Positions 1 to 12,338 of a stretch of 64,000 nucleotides of DNA are shown here, in pieces. This DNA is from Chrysomallon squamiferum (taxonomy: Eukaryota > Animalia > Mollusca), in contig CM022671.1 of NCBI GenBank assembly GCA_012295275.1, positions 30,690,001 to 30,754,000 of the forward strand. Reading direction: 5' to 3'. The notes under the pieces are model-generated. The model did no database searches and was not told the origin of the DNA. It saw nothing but the letters and a program-made list of their open reading frames with translations. How positions within the stretch are numbered: position 1 is the stretch's first letter; each line of letters begins with the position of its first letter. The translations under genes were made by a program, and so were the position numbers.

Positions 1-550
1 GTTGCCAGTGTTACTGCATTAACACTGTATAAATATCTACACAAGTGGAACTATATATTTTTATTATGTACTAATATTATGTATGAATGATTGTTTTCCT
101 ATGAATGTGTGTGTGCATATGTATTTTTGTGCATTATGTAAAGTTTACAATACATATTACTTATTTCATCATGTATGTCTATAAAAATTACACATCACAT
201 AAAATAAGATTAAAAACTATTTCGCAGTTAAAAAGATTTTAAGCTTTTCTCTGTAAAAGCCTTATTTTGGGATGAATTTACTAAAAGCCATTAGAAAAAG
301 CACAAAGCCCATAAATATACAACTTTTTAGAAAGTGCAGAAAGATGCATGATTTTGCATGAACCTGCATATTTTAATGAGCTGAACATTCCACCAGGCAC
401 AACCTTTAAAATGAGTTAGCCATAAATAAACAAAAAAATTTAAAAGAAAAAGTTCAAATGCAGGTCACAAAGATTTCCTTCAACAATAATCAAAATTGAA
501 ATTATTACGTACTATTAAAGTTTAATTTCAGAGGCAGGGTTCTCTTGTGC

Positions 551-589
<39 letters not shown>

Positions 590-1109
590 AACGAAACAAA
601 GACACCACTCTACAGTAAGAACATGTTGTCCCTCAACACCCCTAAAACATTTAAACCTAAATATTCATCTGAAAGATTTCTCAGCCATTTTGCCAATGAG
701 TCATCTAGTTATGAAGATGATCCAATCCAGTTATTTATCAAATTGATACTAATCAATGATTTAGTATGAAATTCAGCCATTATCAGGACCCATTTTTTTA
801 CATATATATATATATCTGTTATAATAATGAAATCATTTATCTAGAAAGGATACAGTTATTTAACAGCTATCAGTGTCATTATCATAGCATTCATTGAGAT
901 CTTGAAAGTTGTTTATAAACACTGAGTCCAAATCTTTATGATTTAATTAAAATCTCAACATTTATCAAGCTCAAAAAATCTATTTACAATTGTAAACGTA
1001 TTCATGAAGTCAAGTTATTTTAATAAATATAAATTAAAGTTCAAGAGATCTAGTCACTATAAACATTTTTTTTTTTTTACTCAGTGATGTAAAAACAAGA
1101 TCCAGTTAT

Positions 1110-1124
<15 letters not shown>

Positions 1125-1143
<19 letters not shown>

Positions 1144-1289
1144 TCAAACAAACCAACAACAATTATCAATCAAACAAATAATTTAAATAATTTTTCATGT
1201 GGATTTCAACAACAATAACAACAACATCAAACAAACTAACAACAATTATCAATCAAACAAATAAATTAAATAATTTTTCATGTGGATTT
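1125..1289. repeat. two-copy tandem duplication (~82 bp unit)
   Basis: acatcaaacaaac.aacaacaattatcaatcaaacaaataa.ttaaataatttttcatgtggattt occurs twice. Confidence 0.85.
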
Positions 1290-4200
1290 AAGTCATTTCA
1301 ATTATGAACTTGAAGTGAAAACAAAATAATTATCAACAAGTCTTCATTGAAATAATGATAAATTTTTATTGAGTAAGTATTAAGCAAAAAATATATTGCA
1401 TTTAAATAGTATTCCATAGTTGTCTAAAAAAAAATTAAAATGATTTTATAGATTGGCATTTTCAAAATATGTTTTTGAAATATACAAATATCTGATTTTC
1501 TCTCTTTTTTTTTTAAATACAAGATATCTGAGAGTAGGAAAAAGAATGTAAGAGAGAAAGAAAGAAAGAAAGGAGAAAGAAAAAGAAGAAAAGAAAGTAA
1601 AAGGAAAGGAACGAGTAAAAACAAAATAAGAAAGAAAGAAAGAAGAAAGAAAAGAGAGAGAAAGATAAACAGTCAGGGTGTGTCTGGGTGTGTAAATAAA
1701 AGTAACAGGTGGCAATGTAGGTTTTTGGTTTTGAGGAATTAATGTTAATCTTATCAGCTATTTATGAAGTCACAGTTCATAAATTTATTTATGTTTACGC
1801 AGAGAAAAGCTTTAAAACCACAAAGTGTTGTTTTGAATATACTGGCAGTATGTACCAGTGTGTAGTAAAAGGAAATGCAACAGTAAACTTTAGCAACATA
1901 TGTCACATTTGATTCAGATCGTAACATACTGGTTGCAGAGCACAAACAAAAACAATTACATATATACATACATATATATATATATATATATAGATATGAA
2001 CTGATGGAAAAAAAAGAAAACACCATAAAACATTTTTTCTTTTTAAAATGTCGAAAACAACTAGCTAAATTTTTTTTTTAAATGTTTAAAAATTTTAAAC
2101 TCAAGGAATATTGGAGATTTTATATAGAAAAATAAATTAAAAAATAAAACCACTAAAGAGACCCCATTTTTATATTTACATTGAAACTTCTTATTGATAT
2201 AACATTTTTTTTTTAAATACAGAATAAAGACCTTCATAAAAAAAAGAGCTATTTTTATACACTAAAGTGACATATGAATGCTAGTTCAATGCTGTTACGT
2301 TTTTACTTATTTTTATTTTCAAACATGTGCTGCATACACTTGTTATAAACATGTTATAATGAACATTTAATCAATATAGTTAATAGTAATGGCTGTAGGT
2401 TAGTTTTCCCTATATTTTTGCAGACTTGTTTATATTATGCATGTACACAGGTATATGTGGGATTTTGGTGTTTGTTTGTTTTTTAAATATTGTTTATGTA
2501 TGTAGACAAAAACACTAAAAAAGAAAATTAAAATTATGTTGTCAACAAAATTATTGGAAAAAAGAAAAAAGAGAAAAAGAGAAATATATATATATTATTT
2601 TGTTGACAGAAAACACATGTCAGTGATGACAGTCTGTGAAGATAACTAAATATTACATCATTACAAATAAAGCTGATAGCGTTCACTGTATCTACTCTAT
2701 AATTTTACCTTGGTGTAGATTATTATTTCAAATTACATATGTGTGTATGTGTGTGTGTGAGTGTAAAACTGAAAATAATTATAATTATTTTTTATTTAAT
2801 TACAATCTGACATATCAATTGACTTTAGACTGACCGTATTACAAAGATTGCTTCTGATATCTGTTTATAATAAAACAGTTTGATTTATCATCACTTTTGA
2901 AAGTGCTGTTCTCATTAGCTGTTTGAAGGATCATAATAAAACAGTCCTAATTTTCAAACTGCATTTGGCAGATTTACAACCAGAACAGTTTATGTCAGGA
3001 ATAAAATTAAATGAAATTAAATAAAGTTTATCTCTTAACTGATAAATGTTAATCAAAGAAATTAAAATAAATGTTTTATTTTAAAATTTTTGAAACAGAA
3101 CAAAAACAATAAACACCTTCAGTTTTTATGAGAAGGGATTGTAATTTATAAAAAAAAAAAAAAATTATAAAAAAAATTAACCTATAGATTATTTTAAAAC
3201 TCTTATAATTAATGAAATTAAATAAAAATAAAAAGGTAAACATAAAAAATAAATAAATTAATAAAAAAAAAACCCAAAAACCCAAACAGAACTGAACAAT
3301 AATGAATAAATTAAACAAAGAATAAACAATAATATTAATCAAAAATAAAAATCATACAATAAATAGAAAAAAAAAAAAAAAATTGTCTTCCTTTCATGCC
3401 AAAAATATATAATAAAAACAAAAACAAATACAAAAACAAAATCTGACAGGAATCTGAACTGATGTATACAATAAAGACCAACACTGTTTTGATTTATATT
3501 CCATTAAACAGCTGCATTTTCTATAGACATTTGTTCACCATTCAGTGGTGTTCAACAGTGTAAGCAAAGGACTTAAGTAAGATTATAAATCGATAAATGA
3601 ATCAATTCTGTTGCAAACAAAATCGTAGATGTTATGTTTAAATCATTTGTTTTATATTGTTGGAGACTCAAAGAAAATGTGTTTTATTATATGCATTGGG
3701 AATATTAAAGAGTATAATTGTATTGATTGTAAGCTCTTTGCAGATGTTTTCTATAATTTGGATTTTATTTTTTGATATAGTAAGTAAGAAAACAATGGGT
3801 ATTAAAAATTATAAACTTCACATAAAAAAAAAAATTTAAATTTAAAAAATCTAAAAATAATAAGAAGAGAAGAAGAAGAAAATCAAGAAGTTTTTGGAAT
3901 TAAGAAATTTTTTGGAAATAAGAAAATTTAAATAAGAAAATAAAGAGAGAAAAAGAAATGAGGAAATCAAAATTACTTAAAATAATATATATATATCAGT
4001 AAAACAAAAAAGTAATAATAATAACAACAGATAATTTCATGCATTTTGTTAAATACATAAAATATAAAAACAGTTTAGAATTCTGCAATCACATTCAAAA
4101 AAACCTTTTAAAAAAACATTTAAAATTTAAAAAATTTATTAAATAATAAAATTTTAGTCCTAATTATTTATTAAACTGTAATTATATTTTATATAAATGA

Positions 4201-4377
4201 AATAAATAAAAATAAAAATAAAAAAATCTAAGAAAAAAAAAAAGTATCTAAAATAAAAGAAAATTAAATTAAAATTAAAATTGCAATTCATCTTTCTAAA
4301 ATATAATATTGTTAGAATCTAAAAAAAAAAAAAAATGAAAAAACAAATGCAACTGTTCCAATGATGCTTTATTCTGG

Positions 4378-4508
4378 TTATAAAGTTGAATCAAACCTTT
4401 TATTTGTTGGTTTTCCAGTTTGCACACTTCGCTTGGTCAGATTGAAATCCAGTCGGACACCTGGACCCGAAGGGTACGTATATGTCTGTGTGGGTGAATG
4501 ATTCATAT
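4378..4508 (-). CDS. CPD: carboxypeptidase D-like exon 4 (end of regulatory domain; apparent 1-nt frameshift at ~4472-4474)
   Basis: Acceptor TTTCAG| continues G-YESFTHTDIYVP. The expected domain end GPGVRLDFNLTKRS...STL* is in a frame shifted by one base. Candidate donor AG|GTTTGA at 4397/4396, or stop TAA 4380-4378 followed by AATAAA at 4373-4368. Confidence 0.7.
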
Positions 4509-4670
4509 CTGAAATTAAATCCAAAATTCAGAAATTATATTTCAGGCCATATTTGAATCTTTTTAAATAATGTTTCAGTGTGTGTGTGTATGTTTTTGTG
4601 TACGTTCTTTCATTTTCTTTGTTTCTATCATAATTACAGATAAACAAATATGTCAGTATCAACAAACTAT

Positions 4671-4770
4671 AGGCACTGGCAATAGAAAATAACCCAATAG
4701 GCACATGGGTGGGCTAGATCCCATGATCTGTCATACCTCATTCAAACATTCAACCACTGTACTCTAACCC
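4671..4770 (-). mobile_element. decayed tRNA-derived SINE head fragment
   Basis: The minus strand has A-box-like tacagtggttgaa, B-box-like gggatctagccc, then cctattgggttattttctattgccagtgc. This resembles gastropod tRNA-SINE heads as recalled; not verified by search. Confidence 0.4.
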
Positions 4771-6042
4771 ATTAACTTGTATTTAAAAAAAAATTAAAAT
4801 TAAAAAATGACTTCATAGATAAACAAATGTTTGTTTTCACAGCAAATTCATGCAATATAACTAGTACCTCTGTCTTTCAAGATTAATAAAAAGTTTTGGT
4901 TAGCATTACTGTTTTGTTTTACATTTATACACCAAATTATCTAAAATGCAAACTAACTCTTTTTTTTCTTAATCGTTCCAGACCATGACTCAAATTACTG
5001 AATTATTTTCTGTAGGAAATTGATAAGAGCTGTTTGTTGTTTTTTAAAAAAACAAAACTTTTTTAGCACTTCCCTTTAAGTTCTTGAAGGAAAAACAATG
5101 TAATCAGAACTCACATCTGGAAACAGTTTGAAAGAATTTTTTGGAATTCATTTGGTCAGTAAAGTCACGTACAAGATTTAGCAAAGTCACGTCACATTTA
5201 TTTGTTGTGTATTTTGAAACTATAACTTGTACAAAGCAGATTAAAAAATAAAAAATAATAATAATAATAATAAAATAATAAAAACATAAAAAATAGAAAA
5301 TAAAAATTAATAATTTCAAAAAGAAGAAAAGATTAAAACAGGATAAGAACTTTAATAACATTCAAAATTACATCACATTCATTGTTGTAAAATCTGAAAT
5401 TATAAACTTATGCAAAAATGAAACAAAATAAAGCAAAAAATCAATAAAAAAATAATAAAATAAAGGAAAAACACTCCAGTAAAATTAGCTAAACAGAAAG
5501 TGTATGGAAGGATAAGAATATGAAGTAAGTATTTCAAAAATATATAAAAATCTGAGATTCAATAGTATCACAAATGAAAAAAAAAAATCTATTGTAAATA
5601 TCTAATGTAAAAATATTTATATTAAAATAAAAATGTGAGTTAAAAGTATCAAAGAATTAATTGTTTTTAAAAAGACTCAGTAATAATGGAAATGTTAGAC
5701 AAAAGAAATATCTATGGAAAAAAAAATGGAAAAAATGTAAACTAAGAATAAAAAAATAATAAAAAACTAACATAAAAAATAAATAAGTAAATAAAATAAA
5801 AGATAAAATAATAATAATAGTAATTAAAAAATAAAAAAGAGTAAAAACTTTTACATTTCCATTTTTAAAAATCTGAGAACACTTAGCTTTAAATAAATTG
5901 CTCAAATTACTACATAATTCAAACCAAATACTGACTAGCATAAATAAAAAAATATATTGATATTCTTTTGGTTTTAAGATAATAATTTAGTAAAACTGAT
6001 TTAAGAAAATAAATAAAACTTTAAATTTATTTTAATACATAC

Positions 6043-6212
6043 CCAGGATAATGAGCTGTTATATTGTAAGATCCTGGACTCAGTAGTCTCCAGTAATCTC
6101 CAAACTGCGCTGCAGTGACATTGTGATTAATATCATCAACCGTGATGACAGCATCTGCTAAACCTTCATTAGTAGCAGCATCACGAACAAACCCATTTAC
6201 TCCAATATGAAC
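6043..6212 (-). CDS. CPD: carboxypeptidase D-like exon 3 (transthyretin-like regulatory domain)
   Basis: Hand translation VHIGVNGFVRDAATNEGLADAVITVDDINHNVTAAQFGDYWRLLSPGSYNITAHYPG, with the GDYWRLL hallmark. Acceptor CTTTAG|, donor |GTATG, phases compatible. Confidence 0.92.
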
Positions 6213-7138
6213 CTAAAGTGTAAGGGTTTCAATGTATTTCAACCTGCTCTATTTATAAATTGCTCACCACAATTCTGCTCTGCTCTGCTTTTAAACTAAT
6301 TGTATAAAATGTTGTTGTTTTTTTGTCTTCTTAATCTATTAAAGATCACATTTATTAAGTATTAACTTTTCCTCTTCTATGAATTTTTTTTTATATATAT
6401 ATATATTTTTTTTTTTATTTTTTTTAACTCATAAAATGCAATGGAAAAATATTTTTTTTTATGTTTAGAAATAAAATTATTTTACATATACAAAATAATT
6501 GCTATATTTCACACACTGTATTTTTTTAAATATAAATTTACTGAATAAAACACATAGAAAATACAAAATAGAAATATAATATAAAGAGACCAATATATTT
6601 TATTTTTATGTCTTGTTTTGTTATTTGCTTTGGTTGCCTTCATGAAATGAGTCACTAACAAATGGAGGCAAGAAATATGTTAACAGCAGCCTATATTTAC
6701 TCATGCATAAAAGCTGCACTAACATCATGGGTGACTGCTTCCAACTGTAAACCAAGTTGTATTAAAAATATATATATATATATTGACTGAATCTGCACCC
6801 CTTTGAGAGAGACCATCTTTCAGTGTTAAGTTTGGGATAAGCTTGTGGTAAATTTTACAACAGCAAGTGGGAAACTGGTTTATGGATGACATAATAAAAA
6901 ATAATAATTTTAAATTTTACACTTACAGCCCCCAGGCAGGGTTTGGTGACTTTGATATTATTCATAAAAAGAGATAACAGTTTCCTTATTTCAACAAAGT
7001 GGAAACCTAGCTAAAGCTTGGAGACAATGGTTTAAACAGAGGCTGCCATATTATATTAGATTTAGTTAAACATTATGGACTTTTAATAAATACAAAAAAT
7101 AGTCAACTCAAGCAAGCCAACAACAACAAAAATATATA

Positions 7139-7181
<43 letters not shown>

Positions 7182-7910
7182 ATCAATAAATAAATATATA
7201 TATTACAGATATTAAGTTTCTAACTTATGACTGGTTAAAGATAATATGAAAGAGGAAGTCTATTTTTACTTGGGATTTTTTTATCAAAGAATTATCTATA
7301 GAGAGAGCCATGGACATACATACATGCATTATACTTGTAGATAAAGACGTCAAGGGTCAATGGCTACAGTATAAAACAGACCAGAAATAACACATCAGTA
7401 AGAACTGATCTTTCAAACTATTGTTACTGAGGTGAAGGTTCTTTCTATAAGCTATCATCAGCTTTTCACAAACAAAAAAATAAAAATAAATCTAAGATAT
7501 TTTCTTAAGCAGACTAAAAGTGTATAAAATATCCTAAGGGTAAATATGAGAATGTTTCATTATAATAATTATTTAGCCACCTTTTTGCATTTTTGTTATT
7601 GTCATTATCAAATTACTCCTAAAAAATAATAATAATAAAAATAATAATAACAATAATAATAATAAATACATAAAAAAAAAAAAAATAAAAAAAAAAAAAA
7701 TAAAATAAAATAAAATAAAATAAAATAAAACTGAATATGAATAAAAGTAAACATAATAATAATAATAATGATAATATGTGGTTTTGATGAGATTCAGATA
7801 AACTTTTTTCAGCACCAAATCATTGTCTGTTAGCTTCATATTCCTTTATTTTGTTATTTATTTATTTTTAAAACATTTAACTTATTTTTTCTTAAAAATA
7901 AATATATTAC

Positions 7911-8053
7911 CATTTCAATGTAAGACAAAAGGGCCTCTTTGTTATTTTTCCATTCCTGTGCCAACTGTGATGGTTGAGGGTATTTGCAACACGACAACTC
8001 AAGAGTAATTTCAAAACAGTTGCTATGGAGATAGTTAAAATCTTCCATTCCAC
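7911..8053 (-). CDS. CPD: carboxypeptidase D-like exon 2 (contains catalytic Glu)
   Basis: TTTAG acceptor, phase-compatible with exon 1. Encodes [48 protein letters not shown]. Donor ATG|GTAAT. Confidence 0.92.
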
Positions 8054-8723
8054 CTAAATTATAAGCAATAGAAAGCAATGCAACTGTACAAAACAATTTT
8101 GTTCTTTAAAACAGCTTTAAAGTGGTAATAATAATAATAATAAGTATTTTATGTAACATTTGCATGCGTGCGTATGCTGTGAAATTTCCTATGAACGTAT
8201 CAAAAGAGTGGTGTTTTAATATTTTTAGATGTTTTATATATACAAAAAAATTCTAATACATTCACACACACGCAGATAAATATAAAAATAAAAAATAAAT
8301 AAAAATAAATAAATAAATAAATACAATAAATGACAAAATATCAATATTGTATGAATAAAAGCAAAATTAACTCATTCTCCTTTTAACTTATTCTCATGCA
8401 TTAAATCATATTTTTTAAATATTATTACAAAATCTGAAAATTTAAATAAAAATAGCTGAAATTAGTGCAGCTGTTCAAAGGCATTTGGTAACATCTGCTT
8501 TCAGTGAAATTAATCTTTGTATAAATATTTTAATTACATAATTACTACTATTTTGATGACATGCTCAATTTAATAACAACAACAACAAAAATTTATAAAG
8601 TTTAAAAAGTCCAAAAAAAACCAAACAAACGAAATAAAAAATAAATAAATAAATAAATAAATAAAAAAATAATAATAATAATAATTGTGGTGATGATTTG
8701 GTTGTAAAATGATGTCTTCTTAC

Positions 8724-9558
8724 CTGGAACATCATACCAGTGAGCTCCATTAGTGATGCCGTCTAAAAAGTAATCGTTGCAGAGATTTCCTTTATGCATT
8801 GTCAGGTGTTTGTCAGAGTATGTACGAGCAAGAAGTTTAAACACGTTGTCATCGGGCGTTTTGCTGTAAATGTGAGATCCGTGTTTCTGGGAATCGTCAA
8901 ACGGATAGCTGGCGACAACACTGCCTCCGTGAAGATTAGCTGACAGAACAAACTTATTTTCTTGTATCCATTTCATCATTGCCATTGTTTCCGGCTCAAG
9001 TTTAGTTGGGGTGCCAACTGGAAACTGGTCAGGAAAATTTCTGTTCAGATCCACACCATTTTTATTAGACCTTCCTTTAACCCCATCGCAGTCTCCGACC
9101 TCGGATATTTCAAATCCGTCTGGATCCATAGAAGGCATAATAAAAATATTAGTAGAGTTTATAATGCGTGTAATTCTGTCGTCGTTTCCGTATTGCTCCA
9201 GTAAATATTGTATAAGGTATATTAAAACCTCTCTGCTGACAGGTTCGTTTCCATGCATGTTTCCAACATATTTAAACATTGGCTCCCCTGGTTCAGTTAT
9301 ATCTACGTTATCTGTTATCTGTATCGCCCATAAAGACCGACCAGCCACGCTTTTTCCGATATCGTGTAGTTTAGACAACTTCGGATATTTACCAGTCATG
9401 TTTCGTAAAAAAGATGTTAACTCATCGTAATGGTGGTATGAGCTCGTGTCCACTTTGCGGGCCGTCCGGTCATTTGGTCTTCCTAAAATGTGAATATACG
9501 ATGTAGTTATTAAGATAAACACTAGGAAAAGTTTATTTACATCCGACGTTTTCGCCAT
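8724..9558 (-). CDS. CPD: M14B (N/E-subfamily) metallocarboxypeptidase, carboxypeptidase D-like, coding exon 1 (signal peptide + most of catalytic domain)
   Basis: ATG at 9558 gives MAKTSDVNKLFLVFILITTSYIHILG (hydrophobic signal-like). Motifs present: YHHYDEL, GEPMFKYVGNMHGNE (zinc HxxE), NGVDLNRNFP, SANLHGGSVVASYPFD, GITNGAHWYDVPG. Donor G|GTAAG at 8724/8723. CPD rather than CPE/CPM/CPN is inferred from motif style. Confidence 0.9.
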
Positions 9559-9709
9559 ATTGTTAAAAAATGAAAACAACCTTCCCCTTGCACGTTTTTT
9601 AGCAAAGGGTGAAGGTTATTTGTTTTAAGGCGCTATTCGTGCGATTCCCATTGGTAATCAATAGTCGAACGGGAACAAAAAACAATATGAATGAATGAAT
9701 ATTTGTTTA

Positions 9710-9714
<5 letters not shown>
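9559..9714 (-). promoter_or_regulatory. 5'UTR/proximal promoter of the carboxypeptidase gene with CCAAT box
   Basis: CpG-containing region directly upstream of the ATG. Contains TTACCAATGGGA on the minus strand and is bounded by a (CT)n tract. Confidence 0.5.

Positions 9715-9783
<69 letters not shown>
9715..9783. repeat. (CT)n/(GA)n microsatellite
   Basis: Perfect CT dinucleotide run. Confidence 0.95.
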
Positions 9784-9786
<3 letters not shown>

Positions 9787-10649
9787 CCATAGCAAAAATA
9801 CATATTAATATTATATTATAATAGTAAATGGTATTAAATTAATTTTTCCTTAACAAAAAAAAAAAAAAATAATAATAATAAAAAAAAAAAAAAAAAAAAA
9901 GAAGAAGTAAAGAAACAAAATTATTATTATAGAAATTACTACCGTGTCTAAGCATTTCATAACTTTTTAAAAGTTAATTTAATAATTTCTAATTAAATAT
10001 TTCTAACAGAGATAATCAATAGAACTAAATAAATGAATTAATGAAAAATAAAACAAAAATTATGTTCGCAAAACATCAAGCGAATTTCTTAACAATTTGT
10101 AATTATGAAAAATGTACTAGATTATTATCATTATATCATTTACAAATTCATTATTACTTTATAAAATTATTTATTCGTTCATTGTGTCATTAGTTAATCA
10201 AACATTGATACATTCACACATCCACTGATGACCAATTCATTAATTTATTTTGGAACAGTAATTTACTGCAAAATATCGAAACTTTTGTTCATATATAACA
10301 TCGCTGATCGCGTCATTGAAACGTGTCTTTGTTGTCGTACTTCCTTCCAGACAAATGTTTTCTATATTTTTCTCCTGTCTTGTTAAAACGTAACATATGG
10401 CTTTCGACAGATTCCGTTCCGCAGAGATAAGGATGCTGTTCGAGCGCTTTACGTACAAATAACGTGTCAGTCAAAATTCTGTCTTGTTCATGTAAAACAT
10501 AGAAATAAAATTATAAGTTTTGTTATTTGTTAAACGTCCAAAAATTGTGATGAATGTATCTAATGCAGTTTTCTAATGAAATACGAGTTATTTCCCAGAA
10601 TGAAGGTAAAAATAAAAACATTTTCTATTAACCTCTCATTTTAATACAT

Positions 10650-10750
10650 CTGGTTATGGGCTGGAAAACACGATTGAAGAGTAATTTCAAAACAATTGCT
10701 CTGGAGATGGTTAAAATCCTCCGTTCCATCTAACTTATTATCAGCAAAAA
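10650..10750 (-). pseudogene. decayed duplicate of carboxypeptidase exon 2 (pseudo-exon upstream of the gene)
   Basis: aagagtaatttcaaaacaattgctctggagatggttaaaatcctccgttccatctaa matches 8001-8057. Translates to [21 protein letters not shown] versus [22 protein letters not shown]. Acceptor AG kept at 10731/10730. Confidence 0.8.
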
Positions 10751-11768
10751 GCAGTATATATAGTCAGTTATCTTGAAGTATATGAAACAGTTTATTTATT
10801 TATCTTCTTTCCTTCAATCTTCCTTTTTATAAAAAAAAAAAAATTAAAAATAAAATCTATACTTGCTGATTCAGAAAATGTTCATTTACCAGCTTAGGTC
10901 AGAAGATTTCTCTTCCATGTATGTATGTATGTATGTATGTATGTATGTATGTATGTATGCATGCATGCATGCATGTATGTATGTATGTATGTATTTTCAA
11001 AATGGTATCAGAATTATTGGTTATGTACCAGTGTTATGTACTTACTTTTCTGTCTGCGTCACTTTTATTTTATTTATTGCTTAAGAAACTTAATGTTGTT
11101 GACAGTGACAGCAGGGAATTCGTGTGGATTTTCCTCATAACTACATCTTATAACATCAAATACTGATACAAATGAGGAATCAAAAAGTTCAACCTAACGA
11201 AGTACACAGACCTGCTATTCAATGGTTCGTTGGCGAAATAAGAAGGGAGATAACTCCCGAAACACTGAACTAAATCTTTTTCTTGATTATTATTATTATT
11301 ATTATTTTGTTTTTGTTGCTGATAATATTAATAGAAAAGTCATTTTAATAAATACATAAAAGATAACCCCCAAAATATAAATGTACATATTTTTGTATTA
11401 ATAGAAAAAATACAACATCGTGAAAAAAAAAAAAAAAAAACAACAACAATCAAATGGTATCTTAATACAGCATGATATAGCACTGACATTTAGAAAATGA
11501 AATTTCCATTATTAATGTTCAAATGAGCTTAACAATATTGGTTAACTGATGAATAAAAATTAAAAATCTACAAAACTGTGGAATAATATTATGAGTTCTT
11601 TAGACTGCTTGTATTTTGAGTTTTGAGATTTGTTTTAAAACCGCTGACAATTTGCAGTTCTCTAAGTAACACAGCATTATTAATACAAAATATCTAGATA
11701 CAGTTTGCTCAGTTTTGAAATAATTATTAAGTGGTTGGTTTATATAAGATAGACATTTATAACTAGAC

Positions 11769-11829
<61 letters not shown>

Positions 11830-12253
11830 ATATACTGTTTGAGTTCTTTTTGATATTTAAAATGCGTTGCAGTAACTCATATACCCACATATATACCCGT
11901 CCTCACACAAAATGTTCTTCTAATATCAATCATCCATCTGTTATCTATCCATCTATCCATCTATCTATCTTAATATATCTATCTATCCATCCACCTATCC
12001 ACCTATTCAACTATCTATCTATCAGTATCGATAATCGTATTATTTTATAAATATCAAATCAGAGAACAATATATATATATTTTTTTATATAAATATTTAT
12101 TAGTCCTTCGAATTTTGTATGAGACTTTGATAAATATTTTTTCTAAAAAGGAATCAAACAACAACTCGCAATATTTCTTACTTTGTTTGCATCACAGCGA
12201 CACCCATACGGCGAATCATGACGTTGTCAAATAAAATGTTTAATATCTAGTTA

Positions 12254-12338
<85 letters not shown>

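Noticed and set aside
1-4377. Further carboxypeptidase D exons (domain II onward)
   Set aside because: No M14 motifs found in the stretches translated; any such exons would lie outside the window.
5104-5240. Possible alternative carboxypeptidase exon 4 (..LVRDFTD..)
   Set aside because: Phase-compatible frames hit stops within a few codons; similarity too weak.
8962-9430. + strand ORFs of 80 and 139 aa
   Set aside because: Antisense shadows of carboxypeptidase exon 1.
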